In this document: piece by piece, positions 30,232 to 39,943 of the stretch
How positions within the stretch are numbered: position 1 is the first letter of the stretch
Layout of the letters: the number at the start of each line of letters is the position of its first letter
Assembly (NCBI GenBank): GCA_965116925.1
Contig: OZ220744.1
Span: 224,001-288,000, forward strand
From: Candidatus Poribacteria bacterium
GTDB lineage: Bacteria > Poribacteria > WGA-4E > PCPOR2b
Direction of reading: 5' to 3'
Length of the DNA stretch: 64,000 nt
Made by a program: the position numbers and the translations under genes
The notes under the pieces: model-generated
Seen by the model: the letters and a program-made list of their open reading frames with translations, nothing else
The model's database searches: none
What the model was told of the DNA's origin: nothing

Positions 30232-31224
30232 TCACTTTTCAGCATCTATGACCTGTCTTTTGATTGCTCCCCAAGATGTTGATAGCTTCCCCACAGCTTC
30301 CACCGCGAGCGGAGCATCGTGCAGAAAAACAAACCTGCTTTGACCATCGTCGGTCAGATGCCGAACTTCTTGGGTGTCAACATTCGCCACTACCACATCC
30401 GCTTCTACCACACCGTCGGGATGCTCAGGACCACTCGTACCGACAATATGCGTGTTGTCCGGTAACCATTGCCCCCACGCTGGCATCACCTCATCATTAA
30501 GACGAACCAGATTTCTGGCTAACGCATCACCGAGAAACAATCCCTCCATTCCGTCTTCCTCTATCGACCCGAGGACAATTGTCCGTTTCCCGTTTGGGGA
30601 CCAACGAATTCTGTAGGCAAAGAATCGGTGATTCATCTCTCTTGCCTTTGCGTTGGGATCCGCGTCAACCCAATGCAGTTTTGCACCGCGTTTAAGGACG
30701 GTAAAGCCGATGCGCTTGCTGTCCGGAAACCAAAAGGGAAAGTACATGTTTGCTTCTATATCAGTAGCAATTTGAAAGGAGTTGAGTCCTTGAGCATCCG
30801 TCACATACAATTGAGTGGTGGGACGTAAATCCGGATGATAGGCTTGATAAACAATCCATTTGCCATCTGGTGACCATTCCCCATCCGTATTGACCGGACG
30901 CGGCGGGTTAGCAAGGAGTTTCCGCAAACCGCTGCCGTCCAAATTTATCACCATTAGTTCACCTTTACGCCAAGGTGGCAGCATAAACAGAATTTGCTGC
31001 CCATCTGGGGAGAGTATCGGATTGTCCATCGGAACAGGTGATTCGAGGACCAGTTCCTTGTTTGCCCCATTGATATCCATCCGCCAAAGATTTCGTTCCC
31101 ACTTTCCGGTCGGCATGTAGTAAATCTTCAATTTTGCATGCACCATGTGACTCACGCCAAAAATCAATAGACAAAACCAACCGAAGCAGAAGGATTTGCA
31201 ATACGTCCCGATTCTGCGTTTCAT
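30232..31224 (-). CDS. Secreted TolB-like beta-propeller, type A1
   Basis: Signal peptide; degenerate WSPDG repeats; tail AVEAVGKLSTSWGAIK. Confidence 0.85.
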   Translation of the reverse strand: MKRRIGTYCKSFCFGWFCLLIFGVSHMVHAKLKIYYMPTGKWERNLWRMDINGANKELVLESPVPMDNPILSPDGQQILFMLPPWRKGELMVINLDGSGLRKLLANPPRPVNTDGEWSPDGKWIVYQAYHPDLRPTTQLYVTDAQGLNSFQIATDIEANMYFPFWFPDSKRIGFTVLKRGAKLHWVDADPNAKAREMNHRFFAYRIRWSPNGKRTIVLGSIEEDGMEGLFLGDALARNLVRLNDEVMPAWGQWLPDNTHIVGTSGPEHPDGVVEADVVVANVDTQEVRHLTDDGQSRFVFLHDAPLAVEAVGKLSTSWGAIKRQVIDAEK

Positions 31225-31249
31225 ACCTATTCTCCTTGTTGAGGGCATT

Positions 31250-31392
31250 TATAGTGGATCTTAGAATTAATGCGACACTCCAAACCGGTGCGGTTGGAAA
31301 CCGCACCTACCGGGTTGGAGTGAATGCGGGATGGTTAGGGTGCCGCACCTATCGGGGGCGCAGGCGTCTATTTATTTTTGAAATTCACCATA
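31250..31392. mobile_element. MITE family 1 copy (inverted, longer)
   Basis: TATAGTGGATC...AATTCACCATA; empty TA site visible at the paralogous junction near 33443. Confidence 0.8.
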
Positions 31393-31427
31393 GTTCTCTG
31401 TAGGAGGGCTCTCCGAATCCCGATATC

Positions 31428-32399
31428 TCACTGATTAACCCGCTTGAGCCACCCCCATATTATGGATTTCTTGCCTGCGGGGGCAACCGCAGCGGGAGCA
31501 ATCGCAAGATTCGGGTGAAACCACGTAGGAGCCATGTCATTCCCGAACATCACGTTGGTGAGGTTTTGAAGGTTTTGACCATTAGCGTCCATCACAAAGA
31601 TATCGAAACTCCTAACTCTATTAGACGCAAAGGCAATGCGTTTGCCATCAGGAGACCAAGAGGGCGAAAAATCCCTATCCGGATGATTTGTAAGTCTTCG
31701 CGGATTACCCCCATCGACGTCCATTACGTAGATGTCGAAGTTCCCATCCCTATCAGATGAGAAAGCAATACGTTCACCGTCAGGAGACCATGAGGGATCC
31801 CAATCAGCCACCGGATTGTCTGTGAGCCTTTGCGGATTACCCCCATCTGCATCCATCACATAGATTTCTCCCCACTCGTGATCCCTATAGGACACGAAGG
31901 CAATGCGTTCACCATCAGGAGACCATGCGGGAGAATCGTCAGCAAAGGGATGGTTTGTGAGTTTTTGTGGATTCGCGCCATCTGCGTCCATCACGTAGAT
32001 GTCTGTGGCTCTGTTATCTCTCCTGGAAGCAAAGGCAATGTGTTTGCCATCAGGAGACCAGGAGGGAAAATTGTCTTCTGCGGGATTTTTGGTGAGTTTT
32101 CGCGAATGCCCTCCATCTGCGTCCATCACGTAGATGTCTGTTATCACCCAATCCTCATCCTTACTGGAAGCAAAGACAATGTGTTTGCCATCGGGAGACC
32201 AGGAGGGAAACCATTCATGCTCCGGACTATTTGTGAGTCTTTGGGGATTATTCCCATCTGCGTCCATTACGTAGATTTCCCTGCTGTGTCCATCCCTATC
32301 AGACACAAAGGCAATCTTTGCCTGTGCGTCAACGCCTACCATTAGCATCGTCAAACCTACAGCAAAAACGAAATATGCGAGACTATATTTCCGTTGCAT
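31428..32399 (-). CDS. Secreted TolB/PD40 beta-propeller, type B1
   Basis: Six IYVMDADG..LT..PSWSPDG..IAF-type repeats; tail AVAPAGKKSIIWGWLK. Confidence 0.9.
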   Translation of the reverse strand: MQRKYSLAYFVFAVGLTMLMVGVDAQAKIAFVSDRDGHSREIYVMDADGNNPQRLTNSPEHEWFPSWSPDGKHIVFASSKDEDWVITDIYVMDADGGHSRKLTKNPAEDNFPSWSPDGKHIAFASRRDNRATDIYVMDADGANPQKLTNHPFADDSPAWSPDGERIAFVSYRDHEWGEIYVMDADGGNPQRLTDNPVADWDPSWSPDGERIAFSSDRDGNFDIYVMDVDGGNPRRLTNHPDRDFSPSWSPDGKRIAFASNRVRSFDIFVMDANGQNLQNLTNVMFGNDMAPTWFHPNLAIAPAAVAPAGKKSIIWGWLKRVNQ

Positions 32400-32419
32400 C
32401 TGCCCTGCCTCCTTTTCTC

Positions 32420-33415
32420 TCACTTGTTGGCGTCTATGACTTGGCTTTTGATTGCGCCCCAAGATGTCGACAGCTTCCCCGCAGTTTCCACCGCGAGCGG
32501 AGTATCGTGCCAGAAAACAAATATGCTTTGACCATCGTCAGTCAAACGCTGAACTTCTTGGGTGTCAACATTCATCACCACCACATCCACTTCTGCCATA
32601 CCATTGTGATCACCCAAACCGCTCGTACCGACAATATGCGTGTTGTCCGGTAACCATTGCGCCCTCCCACCTAGATTCGCCTCATCGTTAAGAGGAACCA
32701 GTTTTCTGGCTGGCGCATCACCGAGAAACAGGTCCCAATGTCCCCATTCCTCTATTGACCCGTAGACAATTGTCCGTTTTCCATTTGGGGACCAACGAAT
32801 TGAATGGGCAAAGAATCGGTGATTCATCTCTTTTGCCTTCGCGTTGGGATCTGCGTCAACCCAATGCAGTTTTGCACCCCGTTTACTAACCGTAAAGCCG
32901 ATGCGTCTACTGTCCGGAAACCAAAAGGGCCCGTACATGTCTTCTTCTATATCTGCAGCAATTTGAAAGGAGTTAAGTCCTTGAGCATCCGTTACATACA
33001 CTTGAATGGCGGGACGCAAATCCGGATCGAAGGCTTCATAAACAATCCATTTCCCATCTGGTGACCATTCCCCATCCATATTGGCCGGACGCGGTGGATC
33101 TGCAAGGAGTTTCCGCAAGCCGGTGCCGTCCAAATTTATCACCATGAGTTCACCTTTAAGCCAAGGTGGCAGTGTGAACAGAATTTGCTTTCCATCTGGG
33201 GAAAGTTTAGGATCGTCCATCGGAACGGGCGATTCAAGGACCAGCTCCTTGTTTGCCCCATTGATATCCATCCGCCAAAGATTTCGTTCCCATTTTCCGG
33301 TCGGCATATAGTAAATCTTCAATTTTGCCTGCGCCATGTGGCTAACAACAAACATCAATAAGCAAAGCCAGCCGACACAGAAGGATTTGCAATACGTCCC
33401 GATTTTACGTTTCAT
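32420..33415 (-). CDS. Secreted TolB-like beta-propeller, type A2
   Basis: Close paralog of A1; tail AVETAGKLSTSWGAIK. Confidence 0.85.
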   Translation of the reverse strand: MKRKIGTYCKSFCVGWLCLLMFVVSHMAQAKLKIYYMPTGKWERNLWRMDINGANKELVLESPVPMDDPKLSPDGKQILFTLPPWLKGELMVINLDGTGLRKLLADPPRPANMDGEWSPDGKWIVYEAFDPDLRPAIQVYVTDAQGLNSFQIAADIEEDMYGPFWFPDSRRIGFTVSKRGAKLHWVDADPNAKAKEMNHRFFAHSIRWSPNGKRTIVYGSIEEWGHWDLFLGDAPARKLVPLNDEANLGGRAQWLPDNTHIVGTSGLGDHNGMAEVDVVVMNVDTQEVQRLTDDGQSIFVFWHDTPLAVETAGKLSTSWGAIKSQVIDANK

Positions 33416-33536
33416 ACCTATTTTCCTTGTTAATAAGGGAATTTAGTTCTCCCGCAGACCGAAGCCTCTCGGAACGAAATCAGGATGGAGCGAGATTTCC
33501 GAATCCCAAGACCTCACGTGTCCCATTCCACGATAA

Positions 33537-34511
33537 TTATTGACCAATCCGTTTGAACCATCCCCACATTGTGGGTTTCTTGCCTGTGGGAGCAACCGCA
33601 GCGGGAGCAATCGCAAGATTAGGGTGAAACCACGTAGGAGCAGTGTCATTCCCGAACATCACGTTGGTGAGGTTTTGAAGGTTTTGACCATCGGCATCTA
33701 TCACATAGATGTCGAAACTCCTGACTCTATTAGACGCAAAGGCAATGCGTTTACTATCAGGAGACCATGAGGGCAAGAAATCCCTATCCGGATGGTTTGT
33801 GAGTCTTTGTGGATTACCCCCATCGGCGTCCATCACGTAAATTTCATGAGGTCCATCCCTAGGTCCATCCCTATCAGACGAGAAAGCAATGCGTTCACCG
33901 TCAGGAGACCATGTGGGACTCCAGTCCTCTGCTGGATGGTTGGTGAGGTTTTGAAGATTCTTTCCATCGGCGTCCATCACGTAAATTTCACTGAACTGAT
34001 CTCCTCTATAGGAACTGAAAGTGATGCGTTCCCCATCAGGAGACCATGAGGGAGAATAGTTACTTCCTGCGTTCGTGAGCTTCTGAGAATTCCTACCATT
34101 GGTATCCATCACGTAAATGTCAGTGTTTCTATCCCTTTCGGAAGAGTAGGCAATGCGTTTCCCATCCGGCGACCATGCAGGATCATCGTCAACCCCGGGA
34201 TTTTTGGTCAATTTTCGTGGGTTTCCGCCATCGGTATCCATCACGTAGATGTCTACTTTCTCCCAGTCACCATCACCGGAAGAATAGACAATGCGTTTGC
34301 CGTCAGGGGACCATGAGGGATACCATTCCTCCTCCGGACTATTCGTGAGTCTTCGAGGATTACCCCCATCGTCGTCCATCACGTAGATTTCCCAACTGTG
34401 TCCATCCCTGTCAGACACAAAGGCGATTTTTGCTTGTGTGCCAACGCCTACTATCAGCAGTGTCAGACCTAAAGATAAAACAAAATATGCGCGGTTGTAT
34501 CTCCGTTGCAT
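33537..34511 (-). CDS. Secreted TolB/PD40 beta-propeller, type B2
   Basis: Paralog of B1; tail AVAPTGKKPTMWGWFK. Confidence 0.9.
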   Translation of the reverse strand: MQRRYNRAYFVLSLGLTLLIVGVGTQAKIAFVSDRDGHSWEIYVMDDDGGNPRRLTNSPEEEWYPSWSPDGKRIVYSSGDGDWEKVDIYVMDTDGGNPRKLTKNPGVDDDPAWSPDGKRIAYSSERDRNTDIYVMDTNGRNSQKLTNAGSNYSPSWSPDGERITFSSYRGDQFSEIYVMDADGKNLQNLTNHPAEDWSPTWSPDGERIAFSSDRDGPRDGPHEIYVMDADGGNPQRLTNHPDRDFLPSWSPDSKRIAFASNRVRSFDIYVIDADGQNLQNLTNVMFGNDTAPTWFHPNLAIAPAAVAPTGKKPTMWGWFKRIGQ

Positions 34512-34531
34512 CTGTTGGGTCTCCTTTTCTC

Positions 34532-35563
34532 TCACTTGTTGGTGTCTATGACTTGGCTTTTGATTACACCCCAAGATGTCAATATCTTTTCTGCAGCTTC
34601 CACCGCAAGGGCAGCGTCGTGCCAGAAGACAAACCTGCTTTGACCATCGTCGGTCAAACGCTGAACTTCTTGTGTGTCAACATTCATCACTGCCACATCC
34701 ATTTCCACCACATTATCGGCACGGTTCCAAACAACAGACCCATAGGCTATATGCTTGTTGTCGGGCAACCACTGCACTCTGTTCAGCTCTCCAGCATCAT
34801 CAAGGCGAATCAGATTTTTGCCTAACGCATCACCCACAAATAGCTCCTGCCTTCCCCTTGCCCGCATTGACCCGGTGACGATTGTCCGTTCTTCATCTGG
34901 AGACCAATAAATTGAGTTAGCAAAGAATTCGACATCCATCGCTTGGGGTTCCGCGTCAGGTGCAGCATCAATCCAATGAAGCTTGCCGTGCTCGAGGGGT
35001 TTAGCAATGCCAATGGCAAGCCGCTTGCTGTCAGGAAACCAATTGAAGCCACTAATAAGGGCTTCTAAATCGGGAGCAATTTGAAAGGAGCTGAGTCCCT
35101 CAGCGTCCATCACGAACAATTCAGGCTTGATGGGTTGCCGCTCTAGATCGGCAACACTATAAGCAATCCACTTACCATCTGGTGACCATTCCGGTCCGGA
35201 AATGGTATGGCGCGGCGGAACGACAAGCAGTTCCCGCAAGTCGCTGCCATCAAGATTCATCAACATCAGTTTCGATTCATGTTCTCGTCCGACTTGCTCG
35301 GCTCTCTTGGTTGTAAACAGGAGGTGATGCCCGTCTGGAGAAAGTATAGGGGGACTCAGCATCGGAATAGGTGGTTCAAGGAATAATTCCTTGTTTTCCC
35401 CATTGATATCCATTCGCCAGAGTGTGTTCTCCCAAAAGGCATCTCCAACTTGCACATAGTAAATCTTCAATGCTGCATGTCCCATTTGGCTGGCAGCAAA
35501 CATCAATAGACAAAGCCAACCGATACAGAGATATTTGCGATACGTTCCAATTTTGCATCTCAT
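34532..35563 (-). CDS. Secreted TolB-like beta-propeller, type A3
   Basis: More divergent A paralog; AGGAGG RBS; tail AVEAAEKILTSWGVIK. Confidence 0.85.
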   Translation of the reverse strand: MRCKIGTYRKYLCIGWLCLLMFAASQMGHAALKIYYVQVGDAFWENTLWRMDINGENKELFLEPPIPMLSPPILSPDGHHLLFTTKRAEQVGREHESKLMLMNLDGSDLRELLVVPPRHTISGPEWSPDGKWIAYSVADLERQPIKPELFVMDAEGLSSFQIAPDLEALISGFNWFPDSKRLAIGIAKPLEHGKLHWIDAAPDAEPQAMDVEFFANSIYWSPDEERTIVTGSMRARGRQELFVGDALGKNLIRLDDAGELNRVQWLPDNKHIAYGSVVWNRADNVVEMDVAVMNVDTQEVQRLTDDGQSRFVFWHDAALAVEAAEKILTSWGVIKSQVIDTNK

Positions 35564-35668
35564 CTCTATCCTCCTTGACATGTTGCGGTAGGTGCTGAAC
35601 TAATTTTCCTTTCTTTAAGGTTTGCCCCAAATCATCACCAAACGAAATTCACTTACGCATCAACCCTG

Positions 35669-35684
35669 AGCAATTTAGATGCCA
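35669..35684 (-). promoter_or_regulatory. sigma54 (-24/-12) promoter of the propeller array
   Basis: Minus strand TGGCATCTAAATTGCT with canonical GG-N10-GC spacing. Confidence 0.7.
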
Positions 35685-35816
35685 CAATTATCTCAAATCC
35701 CCTAAAGAGGTAGTACAAAAACCGAGTGTGTTGATAACCCCATTCTCCGGGCAACTTTACGTCCGTTTTTAATATGAGTTGTTATTTCAAAGGAAGGATG
35801 GTTTTCACAAAGAAGG

Positions 35817-35856
35817 TGTCGAAACTATGCCACACCGCCGTTGCAAAAATGCTACA
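35817..35856. promoter_or_regulatory. Putative enhancer-binding protein sites
   Basis: TGT-N12-ACA (35817-35834) and CGT-N12-ACA (35839-35856), 22 bp apart. Confidence 0.5.
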
Positions 35857-35900
35857 CCGGTTATGGTAAGGGACGTGCCCTCCGAATCGCGACTCTAATT

Positions 35901-37193
35901 TTAATTTCGACGATGATCCGTAAACCGCCGCGCTTTCAACTCAAAACTGGGCAGGGTGCCGTGAGACACCGGCTTCACCACCGCGCGCAGTCCCAGAGAT
36001 TCACGAACCGCCTTGGCGACAGCTTGGGCAGTCATGTCCGAATCCGTACTACTACTCTGAATCCGAATCTCCATCTCATCAAGCGCGCCCTGCCGATAGA
36101 CATCTACCGCAAACTCACCTACCTCAGCGAAACGACGGATGATGTTCTCAATGGTACTCGGATAGACATTCACACCGCGTATAATCAGCGCGTCGTCGAT
36201 GCGCCCGATGACACCGCCATCGAGCCGCCAAAAAGTCCGTCCGCACTCGCACGGTTCAGTTTCCAGCTTGACCTGATCGCCAGTGCGGTAGCGGATGACC
36301 GGCATCCCAACCCTACCGAGGTTGGTGATAACCAACTCCCCCTCTTTAGCGGGTTCGCCGGTCGCAGGATCAATAACTTCGCAGATAAACTCCCCCTCAT
36401 TCAAGTGTACACCAGCTTGCGCCTGACACTCAAATCCCCAAGCACCTACCTCCGTTGCGCCGGGGTGATCGTAACAGCGCGCGTTCCATGCTGTTTCGAT
36501 ACGATGTTTCGTCCACGGCAGGCTCGCGCCCGGCTCACCGGCGTGGATAGTCACCCGGACGTTAGCGTTGGCGATGTCAATGCCTTCTGCCTCGGCAACT
36601 TCAGCGAGATGCAAGGCATACGTGGGGGTACAGATCAGTGTCGAAATATCGTTGGAGCAAATGACTCGTACCCGCTGCAGCGAAGTCATTCCGCCACCCG
36701 GAACAGACAATGCACCAATCCGTCGTGCACCTTCGTAAGCACTCCAGAAGCCGATAAAAGGACCGAAAGAGAATGCAAAGAAGATTCGATCACTTGAGGT
36801 CACACCGGCGGCGTTATAGACCGTCTCCCAACACCGCGCCCACCAATCCCAACTTTCTTCAGTGTCCAAACACCGCAGCGGTTCACCGGTCGTGCCAGAG
36901 GTCTGATGGATACGGATATACCGTTCGCGGGGAAATGTGAGATTTGTACCGTAGGGTGGGTGAGCCTTTCCGTCAGCAGAGAGTTCTTCCTTCGTGGTAA
37001 AGGGCAGCCGCCGGTAATCTTCAAGCGTCCGTATATCCTCCGGCTGCCTCACACCCGCTTCACCCAGCTTTCGCCGATAGAATGAGTTGGTCTCTAACAC
37101 CGGAGCAAGCATCGCCTGCAGCTCCTTGAGTTGGATCTGCGTCAACGCTTCTCGTCCGAGCGTTTCAATGAAAGGATTTAAATCGCTTGCCAT
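35901..37193 (-). CDS. Phenylacetate-CoA ligase (PaaK) family protein
   Basis: HQTSGTTGEP, HAGEPG, IRYRTGD, GRIDD. Confidence 0.9.
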   Translation of the reverse strand: MASDLNPFIETLGREALTQIQLKELQAMLAPVLETNSFYRRKLGEAGVRQPEDIRTLEDYRRLPFTTKEELSADGKAHPPYGTNLTFPRERYIRIHQTSGTTGEPLRCLDTEESWDWWARCWETVYNAAGVTSSDRIFFAFSFGPFIGFWSAYEGARRIGALSVPGGGMTSLQRVRVICSNDISTLICTPTYALHLAEVAEAEGIDIANANVRVTIHAGEPGASLPWTKHRIETAWNARCYDHPGATEVGAWGFECQAQAGVHLNEGEFICEVIDPATGEPAKEGELVITNLGRVGMPVIRYRTGDQVKLETEPCECGRTFWRLDGGVIGRIDDALIIRGVNVYPSTIENIIRRFAEVGEFAVDVYRQGALDEMEIRIQSSSTDSDMTAQAVAKAVRESLGLRAVVKPVSHGTLPSFELKARRFTDHRRN

Positions 37194-37357
37194 ATTCTTT
37201 AGGATATGTGGGTGTGAAGTATCAACAATCTGTAGGTCGAGATTCACATCTCGACACAAAAACTCAGCATCGTAGGGAACAACGATCGTTGTTCCCCACT
37301 GAGGTTTTGGATAATAACTTCCTCTATTATAACAGTCGATTCATACTCGTGGCAAGC

Positions 37358-37561
37358 TAGGGCTATTTAGTTTTCCATTTTTTGACCGTTCGGGCTGACC
37401 CAAACCCGTAGGCGAGGCATCTGGTCTCCCCACCGTTTGTAGTAGCGCAATTCATTGCGCGTTCTTACGCCAACTGTCGATAGCATCTTTTATCTTTGTA
37501 ATCTGTTAATCCGCGTCTATCCATAATTCAGACAATAATAGGGGAGAATTAAATGACCCTA
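37358..37561. mobile_element. MITE family 2 copy with 9-bp target duplication
   Basis: GTGGCAAGC at 37349-37357 and 37562-37570; carries two GTAG palindromes. Confidence 0.8.
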
Positions 37562-37579
37562 GTGGCAAGCGATACTGTA

Positions 37580-37608
37580 TTGACACGCAGATGCTTTGCT
37601 GCTACAAT
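37580..37608 (+). promoter_or_regulatory. sigma70-type promoter
   Basis: TTGACA-N17-TACAAT. Confidence 0.7.
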
Positions 37609-37650
37609 GAATCGAGATACTTACACCGATGTTGATAAGGTGGCACCCAC

Positions 37651-38646
37651 ATGAGATCACCCCCTGAACCGAAGACCATCCAGAAGCTGGTGGATGTTTA
37701 TCCGTCCTTTGCCCTGCTAGCGGGGATGCAACTTGATCTGTTCACACCGCTCAAAGCCGGTCCCATGCGTCCTGAGCAGATTGCCAATGCTATCGGTGTA
37801 AATGTGGCTAAACTCAAACCGCTACTCTACGCACTTGTGGCCGCCGAGCTCTTAACCGTGAAAGGAGATCGTTTTGCCAACACCGACGAGGCAAACCACT
37901 TCCTGGTCCGCGGCAGTCCAGCCTACATGGGCGGAGTGCATCCGCTGTATGTAGATTTGTGGGATGCGGCACTTCACACAGCGGAATCCATCCGCACCGG
38001 ACAGCCACAAGCCAAGCACGACTACACACAGATGCCCCACGAAGCGTTAGAAACGTTCTACCAAGGCTTGCATCCGGGTGCCCTCACAACAGGACGGACA
38101 CTAGTAAACGAGTACGGACTTTCGTCCTGTCAGAGGTTGTTAGACGTTGGCGGCGGCTCCGGTGGCGTAGCCATCGCAGTGGTGAAAGCCTGCCCCCATA
38201 TCCAAGCAACGGTTGTAGATGTATCGAATGTGACGCCAATCACGCAACGTTTCGTGACAGAGGCAGGCGTATCTGACCGAGTCAAAGTCATTACGGGGAA
38301 TATGGTAGAAGCCCCACTCCACGGATCGTTTGATGCCGTTATTCTCAAGTCATTCATTCAGGTGCTTTCACCGAGTGATGCACAACGTGCCCTCAAAAAC
38401 ATCAACGCAACCATGGTGCCGGGTGGTGTAATCTATATCTTGGGGATCGGTATCCTCGATAACTCTCGCATCTCTCCACGGGGGGCTGCAATAGCCAACA
38501 CTATCTTCATCAACATCTACGACGAAGGACAGGCTTATACCGAAGATGAATATCACGATTGGATAACAGCAGCTGGATTTGTGGACTTTAAGCGAGATAC
38601 GTTGCCGGACGGGTTGGGTATCATAACAGCGCAGAAACCGATGTAA
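37651..38646 (+). CDS. SAM-dependent O-methyltransferase with dimerisation domain
   Basis: N-terminal winged helix; LLDVGGGSG. Confidence 0.9.
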   Translation: MRSPPEPKTIQKLVDVYPSFALLAGMQLDLFTPLKAGPMRPEQIANAIGVNVAKLKPLLYALVAAELLTVKGDRFANTDEANHFLVRGSPAYMGGVHPLYVDLWDAALHTAESIRTGQPQAKHDYTQMPHEALETFYQGLHPGALTTGRTLVNEYGLSSCQRLLDVGGGSGGVAIAVVKACPHIQATVVDVSNVTPITQRFVTEAGVSDRVKVITGNMVEAPLHGSFDAVILKSFIQVLSPSDAQRALKNINATMVPGGVIYILGIGILDNSRISPRGAAIANTIFINIYDEGQAYTEDEYHDWITAAGFVDFKRDTLPDGLGIITAQKPM

Positions 38647-38753
38647 AACATGAGAGGCTCATGTTAAGAAAGCGTGCAACAGAAATCGTAGGGGCGGGGT
38701 TGCCCCGCCCCGATTTATCGGGGAACAAGTGACTAATAAACTAATAAACCAAA

Positions 38754-39788
38754 ATGGAGAACTTTATGGCACTGTTCAAAGCAGGTGTTATCGGTTGTGG
38801 TGGACGTGGACGTGGTCATGCAGAAGGCTATCAGGCATCGCCGGATGTGGAGATCGTCGCATGTGCAGATCCCTTTGAAGAGGCTCGCGGGAATTTCGCA
38901 GAACAGTTCGGAGTTGCGAGAACCTATGAAGATTACCGTGAGATGCTAGATAAGGAATCGCTCGATTTCGTCAGCGTCTGCACGTGGATTGCCCTCCACA
39001 AAGAGATGGTTATCGCAGCGGCGAATAGCGGGATCAAAGCCATCCACGCCGAGAAACCGATGGCACCGACATGGGGCGACGCCAAAGCACTCTATCAAGC
39101 GTGTGTGGATAACGACGTTATGATTAGCTTCTGCCATCAACGCCGCTTCGGTGCAAGCTTTATCAAAGCGAAGGAATTGGCGAACAACGGCACAATCGGT
39201 CAAGTCTACCGTTTTGAGGGGGCGTGCCCCAATATGATTGACTGGGGAACGCACTGGTTCGATATGTTCTTCTTTTACAACAACGACGAGCCGGCGGAAT
39301 GGGTGATGGGTCAAATTGATGTAGATGAAGAAACTCTCGTTTTTGGTGTGCCGGTAGAGACAAGTGGAGTCTCATGGATTCGCTATAAAAACGGAGTGGA
39401 AGGTCTCCTCGCGACAGGCGCAGCTTCGCTAGGCGGAGTGCAAAATCGCATCATCGGCACAGACGGCATCATTGAGGTTAGCGGGCGAGATAAGCCGCCT
39501 GTGCGCGTCCTCCGAGGCGGAGCAAGTGATTGGGAAGCACCGAACCTCGACGGTGTTGTGCCGCCCGGTGGAGATACCGTTCTCGCCGTACTCGACCTTA
39601 TCGATTGCGTCAAAACAGGGCGCGAACCAGAGCTCAGCGGACGAAAGGCGATTCAAGCGACAGAACTCATCTTTTCGACCTACGAGTCAAGCCGCCGTCG
39701 TGCGAAGATTACCCTGCCGCTTGATGTAGATGACTCTGCGCTACTGACTATGCTGGATGAGGGAACGATCAAATACACCAACCCATAA
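38754..39788 (+). CDS. Gfo/Idh/MocA oxidoreductase
   Basis: GVIGCGG, AEKPMA, DWGTH. Confidence 0.92.
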   Translation: MENFMALFKAGVIGCGGRGRGHAEGYQASPDVEIVACADPFEEARGNFAEQFGVARTYEDYREMLDKESLDFVSVCTWIALHKEMVIAAANSGIKAIHAEKPMAPTWGDAKALYQACVDNDVMISFCHQRRFGASFIKAKELANNGTIGQVYRFEGACPNMIDWGTHWFDMFFFYNNDEPAEWVMGQIDVDEETLVFGVPVETSGVSWIRYKNGVEGLLATGAASLGGVQNRIIGTDGIIEVSGRDKPPVRVLRGGASDWEAPNLDGVVPPGGDTVLAVLDLIDCVKTGREPELSGRKAIQATELIFSTYESSRRRAKITLPLDVDDSALLTMLDEGTIKYTNP

Positions 39789-39795
39789 AACCAAT

Positions 39796-39886
39796 GGTTC
39801 ATATTAAAAGAAAGTGCAAAATGCGAAGAGAAACCGAGTTTTTTCTTGAAAACTCGGTTTCTTTGCACTATTTCTTAACATGAGCC
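39796..39886. mobile_element. MITE family 4 (GGYTCATRTTAA...TTAACATGAGCC) with 8-bp target duplication
   Basis: AAACCAAT at 39788-39795 and 39887-39894; isolated ends at 38656 and 30231; internal AGAAACCGAGTTTT palindrome. Confidence 0.75.
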
Positions 39887-39943
39887 AAACCAATAGTACT
39901 AGTTCACATTGGCTCATGAATGAACAAGTGAACTAATGAACCA

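Noticed and set aside
31428..34511. CRISPR-like or DGR-like DNA repeats
   Set aside because: In-frame PD40 coding repeats; no spacers, cas genes or reverse transcriptase
31428..34511. tolB assignment
   Set aside because: No TolB N-terminal domain or tol-pal context
35841..36797. 318-aa plus-strand ORF
   Set aside because: Antisense shadow of the CoA ligase with no recognisable motifs
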